Below, piece after piece: positions 28,560 through 38,954 of a DNA stretch of 64,000 bases. Positions within the stretch are counted from its first letter, which is position 1; each line of letters begins with the position of its first letter. Source of the DNA: Botryllus schlosseri (Eukaryota); NCBI GenBank assembly GCA_051294905.1, contig CM119371.1, positions 16,804,001-16,868,000 on the forward strand, in the 5' to 3' direction. The position numbers and the translations under genes were made by a program. The notes under the pieces were generated by a model. It was not told the origin of the DNA. It ran no database searches and saw only the letters and a program-made list of their open reading frames with translations.

Positions 28560-29520
28560 CGCTGAAAAGGCAGCTTGCGATATCTGTACCAAGTCGATTG
28601 TGGGCATAAAGCAAATGCATGTTCATCGTTCACGCATGGTCCTACTCAACATTGGAATCTATGGCCATAGTCCTCTGTGGTGAAAAAAACATTGTGAACT
28701 TGGCAAACTAGCTTATTACTTTCTTCTGAGGCTATATTGTAGTCTGGTGTATGTATATGGCTCGTGTTGTAAGTTGCAAAATAAATGTACTTGTAATTAC
28801 TTCTAAAGAAAAAGCACCATCTTGTAGGTGTATTAATCATCGCGATAGCGAAACTATAATTGATTGAATTTAATATTGATTGATTTTTGATATTAATTCT
28901 CGTTCTAGTAATTCATTTTGAAAAATTCACACGGGTCCAGCGGGTCGCTATACCTATGAATGTTGAATCATAGACAATACTAAATGTGTTTACTTTTCAA
29001 TGAACGACACTATTCGTTATGGCAGAATTACAGGTTCACTAATTAAGCAATGATCAGTGAGCCGGTATGATCACCGTAACGGGGTTAGCCAACCTAGCTA
29101 TTTCTCAAGAATGATAAACAGTATTTTGTATCGCGATAAGAATAGCTATTTCTAACTGCTGGTATAAGTTGTACAAAGTTTGAATAGATGTAATACTTCG
29201 ATGCTTCTTACCTTGTGGTATTAACGCATCCACATCATTGGTACATTAATTGAAATTGCCCAGGCCAGTATACCAGACAGATTTATAAGTTTTATGGCAT
29301 CTACCACAGAACGATTCCAAATAGTTAAGCCACTATAGAGACTGTGAGGTTGAAATTTACCTGAATTCTTTTTTGCCAATCAAGTAGACCGTCATAAGGA
29401 TTCCGCCCAATCCAAGCAACGTTTCAGCAACAGTGATCTATGCTGGTAAGTGGTATCACACACTCGGTGAACTTTGGATATTAGAACCAGTTGGCAATCC
29501 CGGCTCTTTGAAAATCTGCA
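28560..29520 (-). pseudogene. Possible decayed, spliced class-A GPCR-like gene
   Basis: Minus-strand segments next to GTAA donor-like sites translate to ITVAETLLGLGGILMTVYLIGKKEF (TM1-like), IWNRSVVDAIKLINLSGILAW (TM2-like) and KLVCQVHNVFF...TMAID (TM3-like). Stops and frameshifts are present. More exon-like pieces lie between about 26.4 and 31.15 kb. Confidence 0.3.
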
Positions 29521-31967
29521 ACGCCACGAAGTTATATACCATTAAGCATTGATTAATTACTGAGGAAGGTTAAATTTACGCTGAAACTGCGTCACGGTGA
29601 TTGATTGCTTCATACCAATACCGGGGTTTATATATTATCAATGGTATCACCAACCATGACTTACCCGGCGTGAGGTTTCGAAAATCAAGTCCGGCCACTG
29701 TTTTTCAGCTGCATTGAAACTCACTCCTAATTGGTAAATATAGAGCCATTTTCTTTGCCTGAATGCCAGTAGATGCAAGCTCACGCTGAATAGACGTCCA
29801 TACTGTGGTATCTATCTGGATTAAACCGTAACAAGACCTTTATAGGCTTAAAAATAAACTGTATTGACAAACTCCAACTCATCAGCAGTTTATAACCCTT
29901 CTGAACAGCATGCTGCAGCCTGTTGATAACTGTCAGTTTTCTGCACTATTATAAGGTAATTTGCATATTAGGTCTTAAATTCTAAACAATAAGGTAGCCT
30001 CATCTCATTTTTAGTAAATTCAGTGTTACCGGTGATTTTACCTATTTGTAGAGGGCATTTTTACCTACGTTTGTTCAAAGCTCTGTGTTTTTGAGGGAGG
30101 AGAGAGTATTTTATTTTTAACTCAGTCTGGACTAGGCAGCAGATAAGACAGCAATAATGGCGATACAGAGTACACTGCATGATATTTGTTATGATAAGAT
30201 GCGATCTCACAATATTCTCATGCAGATTACTGAGCCTTTGATAGTGGAAAAACACAATATTATGAGCATATGATGTTCCACCGATGGTCATAAATCACAC
30301 GTCTTTGCATTTAAGCCAAAAAATATGCTTAACAATATTCAGAACTGACGAAAGATTGCAGATAACTGGATAATTTTGCTAATTGCTGAATATTCTTGTT
30401 ACGTTATGGTTGGTAGTCAGTTCATTTCAATTGTATAGATCTTAAATCACTCATGGGCCCAAACTCCAAAAACTAAAGCAATGAGATCTGGATCTTCAAG
30501 TATTACGAGTTTTGAAATCACCAGAGTACTTTAATTGTTGAACCCTAGTGGCCTTCTGAGTTGTAGGTATATAAGCATTAGGGCCAATTCTAACTTGGCT
30601 GAGTATAGTTCAATAGTGTGAGGCTACTTTTGAAGACATGATATACACAAATAATAGATAGTCACCGTTTTGTTGAAAACCTTTCATTAAGATGATATTG
30701 AGTGTGTATGAGAGAGAGAGTAAGTACTGAAAGTAGAAGTAGAACTAAACGGGTGTGAAGACCAACTCCAAACAACGACCACCTATGTTGTAAGAGAACC
30801 ACCGTGTGTTCATTATGAATAGGTATGGTAATCATCTTGAAATAATACGCCATTTATTTATTTATTCATTTATTTATAAAAACTTGTTCGATATGATGAA
30901 GTATTGTTGAAGCATTTCTTTTTATTGTATAAATATATTTCTTGAGCTTGGGCATAGAGCCGATATTACGGTGTTCGCTGCTTGGGGGTAGTGCCTGGTG
31001 TCGGCTAGCGGAACCGTCTATGGCGCGACCCAATAGCTCACAACAATGAGATAAGTAACCCTTTTTCATTAAAACCGTAGAACATCTTAAGAATCACCTA
31101 TGAAAATGAATTCTTACCTTGTTGGACTGCATCCAACCGCAAAGTGATGTGAAATTGTAATGATGTATATAAGGTATATTTTTGTGTGAGTCGTACGTTT
31201 GTCCCTACCCTATGGGGTTGGTAATGTAGTAATGAGGTATATATGAAGTAGATTGTGAGGAAATCTCACTTTTTGACACCCATGGTTACGCGAGTAGACG
31301 CTGCATTTCAGCCACGATAGGGAGGAAGGAGGGACAAATATATTGTCGCAAACTATGTATATAAAGTGTTACAGTATGTATATATATAAGCTTAAGCACC
31401 CACGAATAAAATTGATAAAAGAATTTTAAAATTAAATAAAAACTTGTGGCGGATAAAACATACAATAAGAAAATTTGCCATGTGAAAACATAGTATTCAA
31501 AAATCAAAGAAAAAATTCATAAAATATCTAAAACGAATATCTAATGATAAAATGCCCTTGTGGGTTACCAAAATGTTATCTAATATAACTTAGATAGGAT
31601 ATGAAGTTGGAGTCGGACTTGGGATTGGATTTGGGCTCGGAATCGAATTCAGACCCCGACGTGAACCATGTGATCTGAAAACTTTTCGTGTATAAATTTA
31701 TGATTAATTTACACCAATTATGAAATATTAGTAGTGATAACATGTGTCCACGATTACGCTGCAAGGAATCCGAGATCGAGCACTCAGTCTGGGTACCACA
31801 AAAATATATGTCTCTCGATCAAGGCTGAAATCGCTGAGATCACTGAGATTCCTGATGATGACACATACGTTATCAGGAATATCAGAGTATCTATGTGACA
31901 TTGGCCGATGAGTCTAATTTAAGGCTCCGCCATTGGAAACAATGGTATGACTTCGCCACGAGTGACA

Positions 31968-32301
31968 GCACAGGACTGGAAATGATAGATTATCCAGAGA
32001 AGCCTGGAAGACTAAATTAATAGGCACAGGACTGGAAATGCTAGATTATCCAGAGAAGCCTGGAAGACTAAATTAATAGGCACAGGACTGGAATGCTAGA
32101 TTAACAAGAGAAGCCTGGAAAACTAAATTAATAGGCACAGGACTGGAATGCTAGATTAACAAGATAAGCCTGGAAAACTAAATTAATAGGCACAGGACTG
32201 GAAATGCTAGATTATCCAGAGAAGCCTGGAAGACTAAGTTAATAGGCACAGGACTGAAAATGCTAGATTTTTCAGAGAAGCATAGAAAACTAAATTGATA
32301 G
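31968..32301. repeat. Six tandem copies of a 55-56-bp unit (GCACAGGACTGGAAATGCTAGATTATCCAGAGAAGCCTGGAAGACTAAATTAATAG)
   Basis: Copies start at 31968, 32024, 32080, 32135, 32190 and 32246. Confidence 0.95.
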
Positions 32302-33004
32302 CTATGACTGATAAAGTCTTAGGGTACACTCAATGATTTTGCATCCCTATCTGGTTTAATTAAACTATGTTTAATGAAGAAATAATATATAACCTGAATA
32401 AATAGATATATATGATAGCCTATATGTGTAGTAATAGGGATGTATATATAATCGGAATAAAATAGTATGGTAATTAGGTTAGAAAAGACCCTAGAACACA
32501 TAGGAAAGTGTACTACAAACAATATGAACTTGAAAATGGCAAATAAACTGGCCCCATCCACACATTTGTTTTCCGAAACAGATGTGTCGATGATCAAGAA
32601 CCACGTTAGTCATATGTCCGACCTGTCGACACATGCGTTTTACGAAGCGGGTGTGTCGACCGATTGTTATATCGATATCTGTACAAGATTTATGACAATG
32701 TTATTTTAACGAGTTAATTTTTGTGCTATAGACGTAGGCATAAATTGCGTCATGAAGCACAAGTGCCATTCTCATTTTCGAAATTATAAAACAGATCAAA
32801 TACGATATCAAGATATTCTACACACCCGTGTAGTTAAGCTATCGAATGAATCGATGACGGGACATATTAATTCATTCCGCACGAGTTTTTCGAAAGCTTG
32901 TTCCGTCAAGCACTAATGTACCGAGAGGACAACTAGTTATACAAGAAGATGGAATCACCACTCCATGATATCGCGATTCTCCCGGACAAAACGGCAGCTA
33001 TATT

Positions 33005-33690
33005 CCACCTTGCAATCGCCGAGCTGAATTTTATAGATTGGTGACATTTTCGTCCATATCAAAAGAAGCTTCAGTATTGCCAACTGATATGACGGCCGCG
33101 AGATTTTATTGGTCTGGATACAAAGATAGAGTGAAGTGTTCCAGCTGCGGTGTAAACATGGACTACGCCTGAAAAGCGAGCAAAAAAACCCTCACCGGCC
33201 GCCGAAATAGGAACGCAAATACGCGTCGCTCGAACCAGATTGTCAGAGGAAGATGCCAAGAAGATGCAGTTGGACAGCATAAGATTTAGCAGAAGGCACA
33301 CAGAAAAGAGCCACCAGCAGACGATCAAATATTCATTTTACTGTGAACGATGTCGTACAAGACCCTTTGATACTACTCGATATAGTGCCAGTCGATTGAA
33401 ATACACAAACTGCGCAACAGTCAAAGAGTAGACTGGGCAACTCTGTTTATGCTAGAAACAGAATGGGGACGCCATCAATAATAGAAATTGCATGTGTTGG
33501 AGAAATTGCTGAGAATCTGATGGTTATACAAGAAACCATACTTTGCCAACAATGCAAGAATAATAGGAGTGAAATTACCCTGATCCCCTGTGGACATCTG
33601 GGTCTGTGTCAAGAATGTTCGTCCGATGCTGAGCGCTGCATATTCTGCAATGGGAAAATATCGCAAAAGATCAAAGTGTATGGAGCTTGA
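33005..33690 (+). pseudogene. Intronless inhibitor-of-apoptosis (IAP)-like gene: BIR domain plus C-terminal RING, disrupted
   Basis: 33026-33172 translates EFYRLVTFSSISKEASVLPTDMTAARFYWSGYKDRVKCSSCGVNMDYA*, matching the BIR pattern E..RL.TF/GFY/D.VKC..C; the TGA sits where Trp is expected. 33541-33690 translates LCQQCKNNRSEITLIPCGHLGLCQECSSDAERCIFCNGKISQKIKVYGA, an IAP-type C3HC4 RING. The BIR part is absent from the supplied ORF track. Confidence 0.85.
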
Positions 33691-33923
33691 CGGTGCAGGC
33701 AAGACAAACGTATTTCTGTCTAGTGGACTGGAAACAAAGTTGTGTAGTGAAGCTAGTTCGCTTTATTATGTTCAAATACTATAATTACTATGTTCTTGAT
33801 AATTACTATCAGGTTGCTTTAAATGGCGCTAACATTTTCATGACCTGAACATAGTTAAGACTTAATGGACATTTATTATATGAATAGTAAGTTGTCGCTG
33901 CATAATTGCATTTGTAGTTGACT

Positions 33924-33933
33924 GAGGGGGAGG
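33924..33933 (+). other. Candidate polypurine tract (GAGGGGGAGG)
   Basis: 10-nt purine run downstream of the IAP stop and about 1.1 kb upstream of the PBS. Confidence 0.35.
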
Positions 33934-34577
33934 TCATATTACTACGTATTGAATCATTGCGTGATATACTGGTATGTGTATTGTTGTTCACACACATATT
34001 TGGGTCGCCGTTTAATCGAGTGGTACATGATTAATCGATATTTGTTTGTTTTGTGTTAACCGTATTGATGTAAACTATTAATAATAGTGCATGACGATAG
34101 CAGGGTTTGACTAAGTGAGATTTGTGACTAACTACCGTATATGTAAATAGCTGGGCCCTTTAGGGATAACTAGGGTGTATGTGTAAACGACATTAAATTA
34201 GGAAATTACTTGTCCTTGACAAGTTGTTTAATGTCACAAGTAACTAAAATAAATACCCCTTCCTATAATAACGTCACAGATTCTCCACAAAGTCAAACCT
34301 GTTACAATGAGTGTTTATATTATTTTCTGTTGTGCCGTCTCGTACAGTAAGGCGTCATAACCGACCACGCCTTATGTTAGTGTCGGGACCCTTCACCCTA
34401 ACGGGATAGAAGTTTAGGATTCGTGGTATATCAGATCTATGATCTGTGAGACACGGTGCATACGAATGAATAAAAAGCTTAAAACACCAGTACCATCGAA
34501 CCCAGAGATATAGTAGATTGTGATCAAAATACTATTGTAATTGAGTGTTGTGTAATGACACAATATTTCATGAATGA

Positions 34578-34691
34578 ATTTTTCGGCAGGATAGGCCGTC
34601 ACATGAACTATATGTGTAAACCAACCTTGGAGCTGCTTTTCGGCAGGACAGGCCGTCGCATGAATTATATGCGTAAACAGACCTTGGAGTA
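34578..34691. repeat. Two copies of a ~57-bp unit in the putative LTR
   Basis: TTTTCGGCAGGA(T/C)AGGCCGTC(A/G)CATGAA.TATATG.GTAAAC..ACCTTGGAG occurs twice. Confidence 0.85.
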
Positions 34692-35072
34692 TTGAAAATG
34701 TTTATTAATCGTGCATGTTGATGAATAGGTTTAGATAAAACTTGTAATATAATTGAAGCATGTTTACCAATTTTATAAGGTTTTACTCATAGGAACCTCA
34801 TTCCTCTTTGCATGGTTATAATTGGAGTATTTGGTTGTATTAAGGTTTAGCTTACTAGTTATACCAGTGTAGTTTTAAGTTCTGGACCTGAAGGTCATTG
34901 ACTGATTGGATCCAGCTGCTGCTACCCTTACCACTGCTTCGATCACCATTTGTGGATGCTACAAGGTCACAACATCAACACAGATAAGGAAAACCAACAC
35001 TGTGAAGTAAAATCGAACCAAGTGTAGACTCTCGCAGTAACAAGCGTTATTGGAGCTGCACTATAAACGTAT

Positions 35073-35093
35073 TGGAGGCACCAAGCTGGGATT
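35073..35093 (+). promoter_or_regulatory. Primer-binding site complementary to the tRNA-Thr(AGU) 3' end
   Basis: TGGAGGCACC-AA-GCTGGGATT versus TGGAGGCACCGCTGGGATT expected from a metazoan tRNA-Thr (tRNA sequence recalled from memory); 2-nt insertion; lies 440 bp upstream of the gag ATG. Confidence 0.75.
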
Positions 35094-35124
35094 ATTACTT
35101 CCGGTGTAGCACGTTGACCTATAA

Positions 35125-35493
35125 ATGTGTTCAAAGACGACCATCGTTAAAACTGCATTGGTCGTGGCCCTGATTGCGTCTGTAATTTCATTGTTAGTTA
35201 CGTTGTCACCAGTATATCTACATTTGGTACCGGGGTTTTCTTCAACTACAGTTCCGATTGGAAACGGAAGACCTAACAACGGAGTTACAACATCGTCCCC
35301 AACTCTTATTGGCTCGCAAAACATATCTGCATGACGCCAATTTATCATTACTAAAGACTCGCTTTCTAAACTTTTGGAGTTCGAGACTAACGACCACAAC
35401 TCATCACTCGGAACAACACCGCGGCCTACCTTGGACGACCCGACCATCTCCAGCGTAAAGCTGGCCCTCGAAAACTCTACTACGGGTCTATAA
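35125..35493 (+). CDS. Leader ORF with an N-terminal signal/anchor helix and Ser/Thr-rich tail, in frame with gag; internal TGA at 35332
   Basis: Hydrophobic helix ALVVALIASVISLLVTL; the frame stays open after the TGA until TAA at 35491-35493; NIS, NSS and NST sequons. Confidence 0.55.
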
Positions 35494-35514
35494 ATCAAAT
35501 CTATTACTATTGCC

Positions 35515-38457
35515 ATGCGAAGAATCTTGAAACTATTTAAAAAGAAGAAATCAACGGAGGCATCGGCGGAGCTAAAGCAGGGAATCCGACTGCTTAAATA
35601 TACCCAAAAGCGTCACGAAGATGTGCGAGACCAAGAGAGGCAATACGCTAAAGATGTGGCCGACCAGACAAGAGTCCTACAGGAGGTCAAAACGACCCTG
35701 CCTGAGGCAGTGAAGGAGCTGGAAAAAGCAAGAAAAGACGTCCGGCGGGCTCAAGCTGACCTGAAGGCCGTTTGTGACGCCACTTCAAAAATTACTGGAA
35801 AGGTTTCCCCTGACGTATTAAACGAGATCTTGCAGACTGAATTCGAGCTGGGTAAAGCCTATACGCAGGTGGTAGGAGAGAAACCGCCTCCTCCTCCCGC
35901 CCTGGCTGTAGTACCCTCAGCGCCTCCTCCGGCCTATGATCCACCAGCTATCCGTATGGTCAAGGAGACTCAACCTATGCCCACCTTCACCGTGAAAAAG
36001 GGGTTGCATTGTCATACAGTAACGGCGGTCTACCCTACGCACCCAGACGCGAAGGCTGATGCCCCATCTCGACCGACACCGGTTGCCCGTTCACTGATGG
36101 CTCCAACCTTTAGAAAAAAAGGGAATATGCACCCGGCGATGAAGACCAAAGATGCTGCTAACACGCCCATGGCATATTGGACACCTACGGGAGTGGCGAC
36201 AGGAGGACCGATGAGACTGGAACGCGAAACAGACTCCGAATTGGACAGTAAACATCTGCCCTCATTCCGGAAACTGGTGTCGAGACCTCGAGATGCGAAG
36301 GGTCAGCGGCGGGACATTGACAAGTTGGGTGATGTTGGGACACGAAGTAGTCGGGCAAGAAAGTCGCCGAGCGACGATAAGCACGTCATTTTCCGTGGAG
36401 AAGGGGAGGAGTATGATGAAGGAGACTCGGAGGGTCAACCAGAAGATTCTGATTCTGAAAGTTCGACGACATCCCGACTGCAGAGGCTTGTACAGCAAAT
36501 GGAATCCACACAGGACACCCTCCTGGAAGCTACTCGAAATGCTTTCCTTGAAGATAGTGGCGCTTCCCGAGAAATTCTCCGTGGTCCCGAGTATTACGAT
36601 GCGCGCTATCTTCCAAATGGCCGGGGGAATCCTGGAATGCCGCGTTTCGCATCTACTCCAGATGACAGTGATGATGGCCGCCCAATTCAGCCGCTCTCGC
36701 GACAGATGGAGGTAATAGTAAACCCAACGCTAACTACACCTGTTAGATTTCAGTCCGAAAAGGAAATGATACAGTTGATAATGGATCCGGGGGACATGCC
36801 TCTTCTCAAATGGATGGAGAACACAATGAGGCGAATTCACCACGGTGAAGGTAATACTGATGCTGATGTAATATTGATGAATGCAATGCAAAAGAAATTG
36901 AAGAATGCGGGGCGTTACAAACAAGCTGATCATCTTGGAAACTTCTTCAACACAAACTCAGGAAACGCCAGCTGGGAATCCGTTATGAGGTCGCTATCAC
37001 TTTCCAACCCGCAAGGAATTGTAAACAAGGAAAGAATTCTCAACGATTTCCGAAGAAATTATCATTGGGAAGATGAACCCCTTCCTCTACTTAACAGCGC
37101 CCTGAAACAACTAGAGATAGACATGGACGATCTAGTTTTGGATAATCCGGACGGGCTGCGACTCTTCCGCAATTTGAGACAGCAGCTGCCGGAAGCGCTC
37201 AGGTTGATTATTCGAGGGTGGGAAGAACACACCTGGCGGAAAGTCGCAGAAGAACTACAACTGTTCTGGAATTCGGAATTCCAAGATGAACAGGAATCGA
37301 GTCCGACGTCTCAGAGAACCCGAAGAACGCAGAAGAACGAGTCGGCCTTGCCGCCTGTACATATCTATAATGTACAGCCAGCTGGGCCTGTGGTACATAG
37401 CTATCCGACTCACCCTAACGGAGATGGACAACGGGAAATACCTCTACAGCCTACTTCCTCGTCATCACATCTTCCGCCGGAATTCGACGCAACGCCACCT
37501 CGACCTCCCAGAATCATCCCTTTACAGCCTATTAAGAATATAGGACAGGTTACACAACTACGCCGAAATCCTGTTCGCAACGCAAGATTAAACCGGCCTC
37601 CTACTAACGTATCGAGTGGTATCGGGCCAGGCAGACGAGCGCAAACTACTAGGAGAATGCTGGAACGAACACAGAATGTACAAGGCGCCTCTGCTGGACC
37701 CGATACCCAGCCTCTACATATTTCAGGGTCAGCACAATCCGGTCAACAACCAGGAACTTCAAGCCAAAGAAGCCCACGGACAGAAGGAACACAAGATTCT
37801 GGAGTGGGACCAGATAATACGCAAATCACTCCGTCAAACAGTCAGGAGGCTCGCCACATCGCGGAAAGCCAAGGTGAGAGGTACAATTTCCTTAGAAATG
37901 ATAATATATTTGCCCCATTAGGTTTGTATTTGAATCCTTCCCAGGGCCAGGCCCTTTCGGTATGTTATTATTGTAAGGCTCCCGGACACCAATCCCGGAA
38001 TTGCATTGCCAAGTTTATCCTTTGGCTAAACAATGAGGTACTCTCTAGAGTTAGCGAATTGGGGTGGGCAATCCATAAACGGGTCCGACCGGTACCGCAG
38101 CGTATTAAGGAATCCGCTGAACGCAACTGGCGTCCGTTCCTTACTACCCATGGATTATTGACGATTTCAGACCTTGATCGGTATCTCATATCCCATGGTT
38201 CTCCCCCGTTGGCAGAAAGAACGAATCTATGTGAGGCCTATTATGATAGTAGACCTAAAAACAGAGATAGAACCCACTGGCACGATAGGGGCCAATGGGG
38301 TCCCAGGGGGCCACCCGCGAATCCAATTCCTAATAACGGCCAAGTAAACTGGATTGCGCCTTCATATAGACAAGAGCCGCACCAATATGCCACCTCTTAC
38401 TGGACAGATGAGGAATTAGAACGCTTACGCGTTTCAAAAAACGGTTGGGGGCGCTGA
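35515..38457 (+). CDS. gag: Gag-like polyprotein, 980 aa
   Basis: Intact ORF with a GCCATG start, basic N-terminus, coiled-coil-like region, PSAPPPAY (35914-35937), a helical capsid-like middle, and the CX2CX4HX4C knuckle CYYCKAPGHQSRNC (37963-38004). Confidence 0.88.
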   Translation: MRRILKLFKKKKSTEASAELKQGIRLLKYTQKRHEDVRDQERQYAKDVADQTRVLQEVKTTLPEAVKELEKARKDVRRAQADLKAVCDATSKITGKVSPDVLNEILQTEFELGKAYTQVVGEKPPPPPALAVVPSAPPPAYDPPAIRMVKETQPMPTFTVKKGLHCHTVTAVYPTHPDAKADAPSRPTPVARSLMAPTFRKKGNMHPAMKTKDAANTPMAYWTPTGVATGGPMRLERETDSELDSKHLPSFRKLVSRPRDAKGQRRDIDKLGDVGTRSSRARKSPSDDKHVIFRGEGEEYDEGDSEGQPEDSDSESSTTSRLQRLVQQMESTQDTLLEATRNAFLEDSGASREILRGPEYYDARYLPNGRGNPGMPRFASTPDDSDDGRPIQPLSRQMEVIVNPTLTTPVRFQSEKEMIQLIMDPGDMPLLKWMENTMRRIHHGEGNTDADVILMNAMQKKLKNAGRYKQADHLGNFFNTNSGNASWESVMRSLSLSNPQGIVNKERILNDFRRNYHWEDEPLPLLNSALKQLEIDMDDLVLDNPDGLRLFRNLRQQLPEALRLIIRGWEEHTWRKVAEELQLFWNSEFQDEQESSPTSQRTRRTQKNESALPPVHIYNVQPAGPVVHSYPTHPNGDGQREIPLQPTSSSSHLPPEFDATPPRPPRIIPLQPIKNIGQVTQLRRNPVRNARLNRPPTNVSSGIGPGRRAQTTRRMLERTQNVQGASAGPDTQPLHISGSAQSGQQPGTSSQRSPRTEGTQDSGVGPDNTQITPSNSQEARHIAESQGERYNFLRNDNIFAPLGLYLNPSQGQALSVCYYCKAPGHQSRNCIAKFILWLNNEVLSRVSELGWAIHKRVRPVPQRIKESAERNWRPFLTTHGLLTISDLDRYLISHGSPPLAERTNLCEAYYDSRPKNRDRTHWHDRGQWGPRGPPANPIPNNGQVNWIAPSYRQEPHQYATSYWTDEELERLRVSKNGWGR

Positions 38458-38479
38458 TTGATCCGGTAAATCAGCTCCC
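38436..38479 (+). promoter_or_regulatory. -1 programmed ribosomal frameshift signal (gag-pro)
   Basis: In-frame A_AAA_AAC heptamer at 38436-38442, a 5-nt spacer, then the stem GGGG(C)GCTGATT / AATCAGCTCCC; the protease ORF is in the -1 frame. Confidence 0.85.
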
Positions 38480-38954
38480 TGACACAATATTACCCAAACA
38501 TGTTAAAACTGTACATAATGCTTCGTTACCTTTATTTACATTCCTTGATTCACCGGACAAATCGCTACAACCGGATTTCGCGGAATTATTCGGTGGACAA
38601 CTTTTATACCTAGTGGATACAAACACAGACACTAAATTTCTTGCCGATACTGGCAGTATTCCCAATTTGATTATGAAAAGCGTAGTAAAAAATAAATATC
38701 CAAAAAGCTGGGCTGAACGACAGCCACTTGATATGAAATTGCGCGGAATAGGAGGGTCGTCCCGAGTCGACTCCCTAGTAATAGTACCTCTTGACGGACT
38801 GCAAGTTCCATTTGCAACTGGCAAAGGAGTTCCTCTTAATATAGTGGGGCTAAAATGGATTGACAAAGTACAACAATTACCGAGTATAGATTCTGAATTT
38901 AAAACTCCGTCTACTGATAATGAAGGATTGTCATTGGCAACACTACATGTATGA
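38445..38954 (+). CDS. pro: Retropepsin-type aspartic protease, expressed by frameshift
   Basis: FLADTGS active site, LRGIGG flap and NIVGLKWI helix motif. Confidence 0.88.
   Translation: MGALIDPVNQLPDTILPKHVKTVHNASLPLFTFLDSPDKSLQPDFAELFGGQLLYLVDTNTDTKFLADTGSIPNLIMKSVVKNKYPKSWAERQPLDMKLRGIGGSSRVDSLVIVPLDGLQVPFATGKGVPLNIVGLKWIDKVQQLPSIDSEFKTPSTDNEGLSLATLHV

Noticed and set aside
31968..32301. CRISPR-like array
   Set aside because: Contiguous tandem units with no unique spacers, no cas genes, and a eukaryotic context.
35061..35516. 151-aa antisense ORF over the leader (also other antisense ORFs within gag, pro and ORF3)
   Set aside because: Probable shadows of the sense coding frames; no independent motifs.
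38895..38906. TTTAAAA as a pro-ORF3 slippery site
   Set aside because: Wrong phase for the pro frame, and the -1 frame has a stop at 38921.
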